From contig CATNEN010000007.1 in NCBI GenBank assembly GCA_950097015.1, forward strand, positions 1,860,001-1,924,000: 64,000 bases of DNA. The letters are read 5' to 3'. The DNA comes from Macrostomum hystrix (taxonomy: Eukaryota; Animalia; Platyhelminthes). Position numbers and translations under genes: made by a program. Below, piece by piece: positions 49,019 through 61,430 of this stretch. Each line of letters begins with the position of its first letter. The stretch's first letter is position 1. The notes below the pieces were generated by a model that saw only the letters and a program-made list of their open reading frames with translations, did no database searches and had not been told where the DNA came from.

Positions 49019-50199
49019 GTTTCCGATTTTCAAACTTGTATTTTTCTTGATAGAAAAACATCTGATGGAACTTCTGCTTGAATCCGATGCGAACTGCCTT
49101 TTAACTCATGCTGGGTAGTGGCCTGCTAGAAATCGGCTCTCAGCCAATGAGGCGCGAGGCCGAATTCTAATTGGCTCAGCGATATTGCTCTGACATTGTT
49201 CAGGCTAAATTGTTGCCACGCTTATTCTACAGGCAATTAACAAGCTTCTGTGTGATTTCTGACTGACAGAACTGATCACTTTGAGGGGATGGGGTTAATT
49301 GTGTTGGGTGGAGTGATTGTGCTAGATAAGAGAGTGGGCTCTGGGAATATTTCAGATAGAATATAGTCAGCGATTAGGGTTTCCAGATAGAGGGATAAGG
49401 GTAGAGAGGGTAAAGAAAGTAGATATACGAGCTAGAGTAGGCTTGGCTATTCGTCGAATAGACGGAATATTGAATACCTCCGTATGAGCATTAAACAATA
49501 ACCTACTAACGAAACCTACATGCAATGTGAAATTGCAACGCAGTCGAATCTTTTTTCTAATCCCAAAGAAAACACATAAAAATCAAATTGACTGCTAAAA
49601 ATCTTACGGTTTCAAATCTGATCCTATTTCTAGCCCAGTGGAGCCATACATCAACAAGCTGTAGCTGTAGCCTCTATATTGAATCCGCGTCAATAGATCA
49701 TGAAATGCAGCACTTAGCGTATAAGGCGCTAATTCCATATGCAAATTATGATTATTGCACCCACTGCGCCTGTCAGGTCTGTTCAGACAGATCGCTGAAT
49801 AAGAGCTGCCGCTTCGTGGGGCACATAAATTTCTTTCCTTCCTTCGTGTTGCTTGCGCTAGCTTCCAGGAGGCCCGGTCTTATCTGAGGAGTCAAGATTA
49901 TGTCACATTTTTATTGCATTTCCTATTATCGCTTTAGCAGCCGTATACTCTCCTGCATTTCCTGCTGTCTGATAGCAGTCTGCGCTAAAAACAACTCAAT
50001 TTGGTATCTCAGTTGTCACAAAAGCACCTTTCCTTTCTGCACCAGATTTATGGTGTTTGCTTCTAAACGCAACTCCCGCTTAAACAAACAGATATTTTTC
50101 ATTTACCGCTTCCCTGACCTTCAATACACTGAAGGGCTTTGGCTTTCGCCTCATCCATTTGACCATTTCTCAATATCACTGGTTTTCTCTCACTTCTGC

Positions 50200-50900
50200 C
50201 TCTTTAACTCCCTCTCCTCTGCCCCCCCTACTCCTGTCCTCTCTCACTCTCCTCTGCCCCCCTACTCCTGTCCTCTCTCCCTCTACTCTGCCCCTCTACT
50301 CCTGTCCTCTCTCACTCTCCTCAGCCCCTCTACTCCTGTCCTCTCTCCCTCTACTCTGCCCCTCTACTCCTGTCCTCTCTCCCTCTACTCTGCCCCTCTA
50401 CTCCTGTCCTCTCTCTCCTCTGCCCCTCTACTCCTACCTCTCTCCCGCTCCTCTCTCCTCTCTCCTCTCCATCTCCCTCTCCTCTCCTCTCTCCTCTCCT
50501 CTCCTCTCTCCTCTCCCCTCTCCTATCTCTTTCCTTTCCTCTCTCCCTCCCCTCTCCCGATCCTCTCCTCTCCTTCTCATCTCCTTCTCCTCTCCTTTCA
50601 ACCCCTCTACTATTCCTTCTCCTCTCCTTTCTACCCCTCTACTATTCCTTCTCCTCTCCTTTCTACCCCTCTACTATTCCTTCTCCTCTCCTTTCTACCC
50701 CTCTACTATTCCTTCTCCTCTCCTTTCTACCCCTCTACTATTCCTTCTCCTCTCCTCTCTCCTTCCCCTCTCCTCTGTCTTTCCTTTCCTCTCTCCCTCC
50801 CCTCTACCGATCCTTTCCTCACTTCTGCTCCCCTCTCACGTTCCTCTCCTCTCTCCTCTCCCCCTCTCCATCACCCCTTCCCTTCTCTCGTACTGTCTCT
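50200..50900. repeat. CT-rich low-complexity / polypyrimidine tract
   Basis: Almost entirely C and T with short internal repeats. Confidence 0.92.
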
Positions 50901-51674
50901 CGTACGTACTTTCTTTTTCTAAAAAGAAAGTTTAGAAACATTTAGATTCAATAGTTTTCAAGCTCGCGACATAAGTAAGAACTCAATGGAACAGAGGCAA
51001 GAGAAAAATGAGAACCAGCAATTTACCAATCTCCTTTTTATTGCTGTCAGTAAATTGGCAAACTGACTAGCAACTAGCAAAGTTTCCCTATCACAATTTC
51101 ACACTGAGGGACTCATCAAATGTAGTGTGCGATAAAAGCTGCAACCGAATGGAATGATGCCAATATCAGGGAATATCGGACATCCCCTGAGATTACTCAG
51201 AATGACTATAAATTTTGGAATGCGCGCTCGCAGACTAGAAAATTGCACTGAGAAATGAATATATTTGAGAGACAGATGAAAAAACTACGGATTTTTTGCT
51301 TATAATCTTACTTCCAGTAGAATAAATAGAAGCGGGAGTTGAAATTCTCGCTGAATAATAAAATCTAATATACTAAAAATGAAAATCTTGCTTGCTTGCT
51401 TGCTTGTCTAATATACTAAAAATGAAAAAGACGCTATTTCGATTTATCGAAGATTCATAGCAAAATAATTTTGTGCTCAAATTGTCAACTGCATCAGGAA
51501 CAGTTTTTTTCGATATCGCTTTCAAAGATCACCTGTCTGATCGGCCCAGTCAAGCTTGATAGAAATTTAGAAAAAAAAGTATGCGACGATTGGTGAAGTG
51601 TATTTATTAACCGCCATTTTATTTCGCCATAACCAGTTTTCAACGAAGTGTGCTCAATAAGCCAGCTGTGCTCA

Positions 51675-53258
51675 TCAGCGACCCGGACCGCCCGGCTTGA
51701 GCATGTGGTTGATCTGGTCCAGGATTTCTGCGCCATATTCTGCGTCGCAGTGGCCGCCGAGGTCCAGCACTCCGCAGGCGCGCTTGCTGCACGGGCGAGG
51801 TTTGGCGGAGGTGAAATGAAGACTCTTTTTTTTTTTTTTTTTTTTAATTGCAGGGGGGCCTGGGGCACTTGACGCACAAGCGCAGGAACGGCATGCCCCA
51901 GGCCGGCGAACTAGGCGGGAGTCGCCCATCGCGCCATCTAGACCCCTGAACACAGGCACCTCATACACAGCCGCAAGCCAAGCGGGGAAGGGGGCGGCAG
52001 CCGGAGTGCCTCTCACCCCAGGCCCGCACACGCACAGAGCTGACCAAACAAGGGGAGGACTTACATGCCTGAAGGGTAGGGACGAGAGGAACAAGCCACG
52101 CGCGCAGACGGCTGGTGAAACCTCGCCGCTCAGAGCACGCATGGCTGGTGCACACCCGCCCCACCCCCCATACAACGCCTCACACCCGGCCCAACGCACA
52201 AACACAAACACAAACAAGCAGGCATGCAGAAGGCAGGAGCGAAGCTATTATTTCAAGCTTTGATTGCACGAAATATGGTGCACCTCCGCCGGTCGCTACT
52301 GTCCAAACCCCCCCAACAAGTCCCGAAATTAATCGTGACTTGAAGGGTGAATCGAACTAGCGTCCTTTGGAGTGCGAGGCAGCGACGTTAGCCGCTGACC
52401 CACTCGCCCCCTAAATCAAGACTCCCTCTCATTATCTTTCATCGTCACATTATGACTGACAGGTCAAGCATGATTGATTGTGGTGACTCACCGCAGAGCA
52501 GTGACTTGCCTCTGGATGCCCTGCTTGAGTGACAGGGCCTGCACCAGCAGGTTAGCCAGCTTGTGTAGATCGCTGAAATTTCATGTTTAATTTGGGCTAA
52601 ATTTAGTTTTACCCAGAACGGAAACGAACCCGGGACCTTCTGCGATTGTAAGCGACGCGCTAAACCGCCAAGCTAGATTGAGACCCAACCCGTTTGTAAG
52701 ACAAATAATGCATTTCAAATGTATTCAGACTGACCTGTCGGCAATTTTCATGGTGTGCAGGGCGTCGCGGGTGCGCAGCAGCAAATCTCGGTACATTGCC
52801 TGGCGCCTGTGTTTTATTGATAGCGATTCGGATATTCAGAGAAGCGAGCCTTCAAGTAGTACACCTCTGCTAAAATGCTACATTAAGTCTGAACGAGCTG
52901 TAGCGCGACAATGAAAAGGCTGCGTACAGCTGTTCAGTCCATGGAATGAATCAACTGGGAATCCAATTGCCGAAAATATATTATCTATGATAGAAAAAGA
53001 AAACAGCTGGGTGAACTGAAATAGGAAAGAATTAATGTGCCTTGCTCAGGAATACGAAAAGCTCTTATGATTTGGCCACAATACTTTAACAAAGAGCTAT
53101 AACACAGGGTCCAGCAGCACCCACTGAGTTTGTTTGGTGTCGTCTGCCGTCATGGCAGTCGCGGATGTTTGCTGAGCGCCGTCAATGGCTGAAGTGGGGC
53201 TCGAACTCGCGACTGCCAAGGTTAGCAGCGTCAGGATTAGCACAGCGCACGGGTTCAT
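51675..53258 (-). CDS. Calcitonin/DH31-type neuropeptide precursor, 132 aa
   Basis: Exons 53258-53125, 52806-52735, 52572-52492, 51786-51675; all GT-AG, all phase 2. Signal peptide MNPCAVLILTLLTLAVASS, a pro-region, then KR-ACGVLDLGGHCDAEYGAEILDQINHMLKPGGP-GR-stop. AATAAA at 51608-51603. Confidence 0.88.
51826..52412 (-). mobile_element. Full-length tRNA-derived SINE, family C, with poly(A) tail and target-site duplication
   Basis: Head GGGGGCGAGTGGGTCAGCGG...GTTCGATTCACCC; about 20-nt poly(A) from 51826; flanking AAAT(G/C)AAGACTC at 51814-51825 and 52413-52424. Confidence 0.78.
52915..53070 (-). mobile_element. CORE-type SINE fragment, family A, inside a neuropeptide gene intron
   Basis: GGCTGCGTACAGCTGTTCAGTCCATGG and ACAGCTGGGTGAACTGAA...GTGCCTTGCTCAGGA. 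Confidence 0.6.
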
Positions 53259-54119
53259 GATATCCTTCGCACCTGAATAAATGGGAAATAAAGATTTCCA
53301 ATTATTTGAGTCGGTTGCCAGCTGCAGCCCAACAAATATTAACTCACCGCTCAGAGCTGGGAACAGGGAAATTCAAACACAGATCCAAAAGTCAGGCGTG
53401 AGAATCTTTGATCACAAAATCTCCTCTAAATCAAGACCTGATCACGCTGCTGGCTGCAGAGCTCTATATATGCTCTGACAAACAAGTGAACAAACAAGAC
53501 AAGAATAAGACTCGAGCCAATATTTGCATCCGAATGGCTTCATCACAGAGCCCTATAACTGTCATCTCGGCTTGGCTGCCTTTTCTCATCTTTTTTAATT
53601 TAGTTTCCAAACCTTGAGCAGGTGCAAAACAGGCGAGTAGACGTCGCGGAGGCATCTCGTGGCCGTCCAGCAAGCTTTAATTAATAAAAGTTTGAGTCCG
53701 CTACAGTTATCGACATTTTTAATCTTCCAGAATCGAGCATCGAACGTGACAAAAAGTCGTCTGCTTTGCCAGTCGCGGCTTGTAGCCGACCGAAATGGCT
53801 TCATTTAATCTGGCTCGTATCATTTCTGATAAAGAGGCCTTTGATTTAGAAGCCTGTGGCAGGAATGTTGCATAGACGCGAAAGCAAGAGACGGGTATAA
53901 ATTTATTGCCACCAGGAAGTTGCCTTAAAGTGCGGGTCTCGCCGAATGCCGGCAAAGTCAATAAACAAAGCCAAGGTGTTGAAATTAGAAACTTCTTATT
54001 GCGATAAGAATATAGTCCAGCGAAAACTAGCTAATAACAACAATTGTTATTAACTGATAGGGTCAGCTGAAATGATACTTCATTTCATTTTCATAGCTGC
54101 AGTTCTGGCTATGGATTGC

Positions 54120-55058
54120 AGCTGCAGCTCTGGCTGTGATTGCAGTTGTGGATATGATTGAAGGTGCAGTTTAGGCTATGACTGCAGTTGTGGATATGAC
54201 TGCAGTTGTGGATATGACTGCAGTTGTGGATATGACTGCAGTTGTGGATATGATTGCAGTTGTGGATATGACTGCAGTTGTTGGATATGACTGCAGTTGT
54301 GGATATGACTGCAGTTGTGGATATGACTGCAGTTGTGGATATGACTGCAGTTGTGGATATGACTGCAGTTGTTGGATATGACTGCAGTTGTGGATATGAC
54401 TGCAGTTGTGGATATGACTGCAGTTGTGGATATGACTGCAGTTGTGGATATGACTGCAGTTGTTGGATATGACTGCAGTTGTGGATATGACTGCAGTTGT
54501 GGATATGACTGCAGTTGTGGATATGACTGCAGTTGTTGGATATGACTGCAGTTGTGGATATGACTGCAGTTGTTGGATATGACTGCAGTTGTGGATATGA
54601 CTGCAGTTGTGGATATGACTGCAGTTGTGGATATGACTGCAGTTGTGGATATGATTGCAGTTGTGGATATGACTGCAGTTGTTGGATATGACTGCAGTTG
54701 TGGATATGACTGCAGTTGTGGATATGACTGCAGTTGTTGGATATGACTGCAGTTGTGGATATGACTGCAGTTGTGGATATGACTGCAGTTGTGGATATGA
54801 CTGCAGTTGTTGGATATGACTGCAGTTGTGGATATGACTGCAGTTGTTGGATATGACTGCAGTTGTGGATATGACTGCAGTTGTGGATATGACTGCAGTT
54901 GTTGGATATGACTGCAGTTGTGGATATGACTGCAGTTGTGGATATGACTGCAGTTGTGGATATGACTGCAGTTGTGGATATGACTGCAGTTGTGGATATG
55001 ACTGCAGTTGTGGATATGACTGCAGTTGTGGATATGACTGCAGTTGTGGATATGACTA
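54120..55058. repeat. 18-bp minisatellite (GACTGCAGTTGTGGATAT) with interspersed 20-bp variants
   Basis: About 50 tandem copies. Confidence 0.97.
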
Positions 55059-55674
55059 CACGTTTTGTACTTGAACCAGTTTAAAGAAATGAGCATATGA
55101 ATTCAGAAACAATTAAATACGAGTTTATCAGTTTTATCCTAACTGAAAAGTTTATCAAAAGTGCTTTTTAGTGAGCTTGCTTGCGCAACAATTTATTTTC
55201 TGTACTTTCTGACGATATTCTGACAGACTAGAATAGAAAAACCTGTGTGAAAGACAGAATTTAAGATTTTACTTAAATATAAAAAGAAATATTATAGACG
55301 ATTTAAATGCGATTTTTAAAACCATGAGGCCACACGTAATTCTGCGTAATGAATACAAATTAAAATGCAATTAACAATTTGAGGCACTAGATTTCTAGAG
55401 AATAGTGACAATAATGACGCTAATGCCTAATGGAGTTAATGAAACACGCATTATGAATGAAAGCACTTTAATTTAATTAGTTCTGCCTCTTTAGAACAAG
55501 TTTCACAAGCTGCTTTTACAGATTTTACAGCCATAGCAATTAAACTAATTAAATAAGTTTATATAGCTAAGATATACTAATTAATTCAATTAAATGCTAA
55601 TTAATTTACTGAAAATTAAAATGTGACAGCGATGGAACAAATATGTTTAAATCGAAGAGTTAGTGATAAAGAAA

Positions 55675-55704
55675 AGATAGATAGATAGATAGATTGATAG
55701 ATAC

Positions 55705-55750
<46 letters not shown>

Positions 55751-55764
55751 GGATAGATAGATAA

Positions 55765-55814
<50 letters not shown>

Positions 55815-55847
55815 GGATAGATACATAGATAGATGGATAGATACATG

Positions 55848-55906
<59 letters not shown>

Positions 55907-55907
55907 G

Positions 55908-55978
<71 letters not shown>
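55675..55978. repeat. (GATA)n microsatellite
   Basis: Long tetramer run. Confidence 0.98.
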
Positions 55979-56309
55979 GAAGAGTTAAAGACAGACCCAT
56001 TTGACCCATTGAACGAGAACAGAGATCAAAGACTCAAATAAAATTAACTCAAAAATGAGAAACTAGGTTTATAATAAAAAAAGCGAAAAAAAGTTTGGTA
56101 AAAATCCTAAAAAGAATGAAAGAAAAAACTAAAAAACTAACCAGAATGAATGATATTAGATGCCCGAGTTGGAAATAAACTCGATAAAAAAAGAAAACTA
56201 TACTAAAGTTGCAACAAAAAGGTGAGCAAAAATGCTTTCAATATAAGTATGAAACCCGATCGATTGCTTTCCTAGTCCGTTGAATAAATAATGTATGTTA
56301 TTAGGGCCA

Positions 56310-56840
56310 GATGTGCAGCCGACAGCACAGCCGCAGCTATTGCGCGGCGCATCTGAAGGCTGCGTACGGCTGCTAAGTCCATGGACTGGGGGTGGGGGCA
56401 CCATACACAGTGGAACTAAAGCTAAGCAGAGTTAAGTGTCATCATTAAGTACACAAATTGTCCCAGTGGTCAGGAATCGAAACCTCGACCGTTTAAGTCG
56501 TGAGTACGACGCTCCAACCACTAGGCTACAATCCCCCCTGTTGCCCATTTTACAATTGAACTAAAGCATTGTAGAATCAAGTGTCTTCATAAAGTACACA
56601 AATTGTTTCAGCGGAGTCGGGAATCGAACCCTCGACCTTCAAGTCGTAAGTATGACACTCGAACCACTAGGCTACAGCCGCTCTCTAGGCTACAATCCCC
56701 CCTGTTGCCCATTTTACAGTTGAATTAAAGAAATGCAGAATCAAGTGTCTTCATAAAGTACACAAATTGTTTCAGCGGAGTCGGGAAGCGAACCCTCGAC
56801 CTTTAAGTTGTGAGTCCGACGATTAAACCACTAGGCTAAA
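56310..56840 (-). mobile_element. CORE-type SINE cluster, family A: one tail plus three tandem head/core segments
   Basis: GGAATCGAA(A/C)CCTCGACC...AACCACTAGGCTA occurs three times (about 56470, 56620, 56785), with CCCATTTTACA..TGAA..AAAG core segments between them. Confidence 0.72.
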
Positions 56841-56935
56841 ACCAGTTATTATTTTTTTGCTTTTTCCAATAAATATTAGTCTACGTTCTAGATTTAGAAG
56901 TCTTGGGTAAATTTAGGTGTTCTTAAACATCCTCT

Positions 56936-57450
56936 TTAACAATGCTCCAAGAGCAAGAGGACTAGCGTAAGCAATCGCGATGAAATTACTAGACAGATAA
57001 TTACATTTGAGGCATCCTAATATAACTCAAAGACTCAAAGACTCAATATAACTCAAAGACCTAAAATGTTGCCGACTGCAGATGTTGCACAATGACTCCA
57101 AGTGTCGGCGGAATCTGAAATGTGGCAACAGTTAGCAGAAATACTACAAAGTTATTGAAGTTTATAATAATACATTTTAGTAGCTTTTCATTACCTGCCA
57201 GAGCGATAAAATCCTGATGCCTGGTTAAAAATTTTGAAGCTCCCGGCAATGAAATGCATCTGAAGCAAATAAACCAATAGGGTAAAATATAGTAAAAAAC
57301 ACTCAAATTTTGCTTGGACTAATGTTTGAACTTCTGACCTTGTGTGTGTGGTCAGTTTTAATCACAAAAAATCAGGTGACACGTGTTCTTACCTTGCGAA
57401 CTGAAGGCAGGCGAATTCATTTATTTGCAAAAAACCGTCGATATAATCAA
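56936..57450 (-). CDS. 3' exons of an unknown protein ending in a hydrophobic, GPI-signal-like tail (partial model)
   Basis: Exons 57450-57393, 57259-57195, 57114-57061, 56988-56936 with matching phases give DYIDGFLQINEFACLQFARCISLPGASKFLTRHQDFIALADSADTWSHCATSAVGNILVISSRLLTLVLLLLEHC*. Confidence 0.5.
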
Positions 57451-57884
57451 CTGAAAATAGAAACCTGAAATGGGAAATTAAACCTAAAAACAAAATAGAT
57501 TATGTATAGATATAAGCAAAAAGCTCTGCCCAATGTGAAGTTGAAAAGCGAAGGACTACACAAGTAGAGTCAAGCGGAAATACAAAACTATAAATGCGGG
57601 CCTGCGGAGAGACAAGAAAATTGAAAAGCAAAGCGTCACTTCTTACTCGACAGCCGAATGCAAGTAGTATAGAAAAAATTTTGTATCACTTTTTAGACCC
57701 AAATATTAAGCAAACAATTATCACGATTGGCCAGGCTAGGACTGAAACCCAATTTTTTAAAACGCAAAATAGAACTCGACATATATCAATTTTTGCGACC
57801 ATAACCCTGCTTTGCAGTTGCATATTTAATATACCTAAATGGTAACTAGCGACTCTAAGTTGCAACTAGTTCTAGATAATCCTG

Positions 57885-60340
57885 GCAGCTAGAGATTTTA
57901 TGTTGCATCTAGAGATTCTATACTGCAGCTAGAGATTATATACTGCAGCTAGAGATTCTATACTGCAGCTAGAGATTTTATGTTGCATCTAGAGATTCTA
58001 TACTGCAGCTAGAGATTATATACTGCAGCTAGAGATTCTATACTGCAGCTAGAGATTTTATGTTGCATCTAGAGATTCTATACTGCAGCTAGAGATTATA
58101 TACTGCAGCTAGAGATTCTATACTGCAGCTAGAGATTTTATGTTGCATCTAGAGATTCTATACTGCAGCTAGAGATTCTATACTGCAGCTAGAGATTCTA
58201 TACTGCAGCTAGAGATTCTATACTGCAGCTAGAGATTTTATGTTGCAGCTAGAGATTCTATACTGCAGCTAGAGATTCTATACTGCAGCTAGAGATTTTA
58301 TGTTGCAGCTAGAGATTCTATACTGCAGCTAGAGATTCTATGCTGCAGCTAGAGATTCTATACTGCAGCTAGAGATTCTATACTCCAGCTAGAGATTCTA
58401 TACTGCAACTAGAGATTCTATGTTGCAGCTAGAGATTCTATACTGCAGCTAGAGATTCTATACTGCAGCTAGAGATTCTATACTGCAGCTAGAGATTCTA
58501 TGTTGCAGCTAGAGATTCTATGTTGCAGCTAGAGATTCTATGTTGCAGCTAGAGATTCTATACTGCAGCTAGAGATTCTATGTTGCAGCTAGAGATTCTA
58601 TACTGCAGCTAGAGATTCTATACTGCAGCTAGAGATTCTATGTTGCAGCTAGAGATTCTATACTGCAGCTAGAGATTCTATGTTGCAGCTAGAGATTCTA
58701 TGTTGCAGCTAGAGATTCTATGTTGCAGCTAGAGATTCTATACTGCAGCTAGAGATTCTATACTGCAGCTAGAGATTCTATATTGCAGCTAGAGATTCTA
58801 TACTGCAGCTAGAGATTCTATGTTGCAGCTAGAGATTCTATGTTGCAGCTAGAGATTCTATACTGCAGCTAGAGATTCTATATTGCAGCTAGAGATTCTA
58901 TACTGCAGCTAGTGATTCTATACTGCAGCTAGAGATTCTATGTTGCAGCTAGAGATTCTATACTGCAGCTAGAGATTCTATACTGCAGCTAGAGATTCTA
59001 TGTTGCAGCTAGAGATTCTATACTGCAGCTAGAGATTCTATGTTGCAGCTAGAGATTCTATGTTGCAGCTAGAGATTCTATACTGCAGCTAGAGATTCTA
59101 TACTGCAGCTAGAGATTCAATATTGCAGCTAGAGATTCTATACTGCAGCTAGAGATTCTATACTGCAGCTAGAGATTCAATATTGCAGCTAGAGATTCTA
59201 TACTGCAGCTAGTGATTCTATACTGCAGCTAGAGATTCTATGTTGTAGCTAGAGATTCTATGTTGTAGCTAGAGATTCTATGTTGCATCTAGAGATTCTA
59301 TGTTGCAGCTAGAGATTCTATGTTGCAGCTAGAGATTCTATACTGCAGCTAGAGATTCTATACTGCAGCTAGAGATTCAATATTGCAGCTAGAGATTCTA
59401 TACTGCAGCTAGTGATTCTATACTGCAGCTAGAGATTCTATGTTGTAGCTAGAGATTCTATGTTGCAGCTAGAGATTCAATACTGCAGCTAGAGATTCTA
59501 TGTTGCAGCTAGAGATTCTATACTGCAGCTAGAGATTCTATGTTGCAGCTAGAGATTCTATGTTGCAGCTAGAGATTCTATACTGCAGCTAGAGATTCAA
59601 TATTGCAGCTAGAGATTCTATACTGCAGCTAGTGATTCTATACTGCAGCTAGAGATTCTATGTTGCAGCTAGAGATTCTATACTGCAGCTAGAGATTCTA
59701 TACTGCAGCTAGAGATTCTATGTTGCAGCTAGAGATTCTATACTGCAGCTAGAGATTCTATGTTGCAGCTAGAGATTCTATGTTGCAGCTAGAGATTCTA
59801 TACTGCAGCTAGAGATTCTATGTTGCAGCTAGAGATTCTATGTTGCAGCTAGAGATTCTATACTGCAGCTAGAGATTCTATACTGCAGCTAGAGATTCAA
59901 TATTGCAGCTAGAGATTCTATACTGCAGCTAGTGATTCTATACTGCAGCTAGAGATTCTATGTTGTAGCTAGAGATTCTATGTTGTAGCTAGAGATTCTA
60001 TGTTGCAGCTAGAGATTCTATGTTGCAGCTAGAGATTCTATGTTGCAGCTAGAGATTCTATACTGCAGCTAGAGATTCTATACTGCAGCTAGAGATTCAA
60101 TATTGCAGCTAGAGATTCTATACTGCAGCTAGTGATTCTATACTGCAGCTAGAGATTCTATGTTGTAGCTAGAGATTCTATGTTGCAGCTAGAGATTCAA
60201 TACTGCAGCTAGAGATTCTATGTTGCAGCTAGAGATTCTATACTGCAGCTAGAGATTCTATGTTGCAGCTAGAGATTCTATGTTGCAGCTAGAGATTCTA
60301 TACTGCAGCTAGAGATTCAATATTGCAGCTAGAGATTCTA
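57885..60340. repeat. 20-bp minisatellite (TACTGCAGCTAGAGATTCTA / TGTTGCAG variant), about 120 copies, with higher-order structure
   Basis: Tandem copies; rare variants recur at 80-bp and 720-bp periods. Confidence 0.98.
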
Positions 60341-61074
60341 ATCTGCAACCTGGAACCTAGTTTTGCAACCAAAAACCCAGTGAATCAGCTTTACAAAGAC
60401 GCAGGTTTATATTGAACTAGATAGAGTCAGCAATTGAAATTCATATGCAAACAAGTAGCAAAGCACAGATGACTCAGAGCTTTCTTAACAGTTTGCCTCC
60501 CATTAAAGTTACAGGAAGTAAAAGTTGAACAAAAAGACAAAAAATTATTAAAAATTTTAAATCCAACACACCGCAACGAATGCAAAACTTAGCGATGAAA
60601 CATATGAAATTAAGTGGAAAAGTTTCAAAAGTTTTGTTATACAATTTTAAGTAAAATGTAACAGTAATTATTAGACGATGACAAAACATACATTGCCAAA
60701 ACCGTTTTGGTAGCTTACAATTATAGATGGTACATATTTCATCTGTAAGTACAGACAGTACACTGAAGAGAAATCATAATAATAGCAAATGTTTTGTTCT
60801 GCTTAACAAGCATCAGACAAACAAACATTTGACATGAGCGCTCGCGATTACAAAATGAAAAAGTTTTTTGTCTACCAAATAGAAGTCAATTACTTGAAAC
60901 CAGCAATCATAGCTAACACAATAGCAATCTTTGCGTATAAAAATTTTGTCAAGGACGATTTTAGAGGCACAGAGAGAAAGATGAAGAGAAGCAAGGATAT
61001 TTCTAAATCGAATCAAATTTTGAATTCGTGTTTGATTCATAGACAGGGCAAGAAGACAAGACAGGCAGGGGTAG

Positions 61075-61430
61075 AAGATAGACAGACAGGGGTAGAAGAT
61101 AGACAGACGGGGGTAGAAGATAGACAGACAGGGGTAGAAGATAGACAGACGGGGGTAGAAGATAGACAGACAGGGGTAGAAGATAGACAGACGGGGGTAG
61201 AAGATAGACAGACAGGGGTAGAAGATAGACAGACAGGGGTAGAAGATAGACAGATGGGGGTAGAAGATAGACAGACGGGGGTAGAAGATAGACAGACAGG
61301 GGTAGAAGATAGACAGACGGGGGTAGAAGATAGACAGACAGGGGTAGAAGATAGACAGACAGGGATAGAAGACAGACAGACGGGGTAGAAGACAGACAGA
61401 CGGGGTAGAAGACAGACAGACGGGGTAGAA
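61075..61430. repeat. 21-bp minisatellite (GACAGACAGGGGTAGAAGATA)
   Basis: About 17 tandem copies. Confidence 0.96.

Noticed and set aside
45091-49061. Many overlapping + strand ORFs over the protocadherin exons (similarly opposite-strand ORFs over 32252-33526)
   Set aside because: Shadow ORFs of GC-rich coding sequence.
49100-51600. Alternative last exon encoding a second peptide (CT/CGRP-style splicing)
   Set aside because: No acceptor followed by a KR...PG(K/R) frame was found by eye; a systematic search could still be run.
51675-51786. ILDQINHMLKPGG as a SAM-methyltransferase motif
   Set aside because: No other methyltransferase motifs are present; the KR...GR-stop context and upstream signal peptide explain it as a neuropeptide.
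51364-52362. Helitron spanning the peptide exon (TCTAATATACTAAAA 5'-like ends; hairpin plus CTAG near 52360)
   Set aside because: The hairpin and CTAG fall inside the SINE, and the CTAG is not followed by T; only short 5'-end-like fragments remain at 51364-51430.
53195-53225. B-box-like GAGTTCGAGCCC on the - strand
   Set aside because: It lies within the signal-peptide-coding exon of the neuropeptide precursor (codons for ASSSP).
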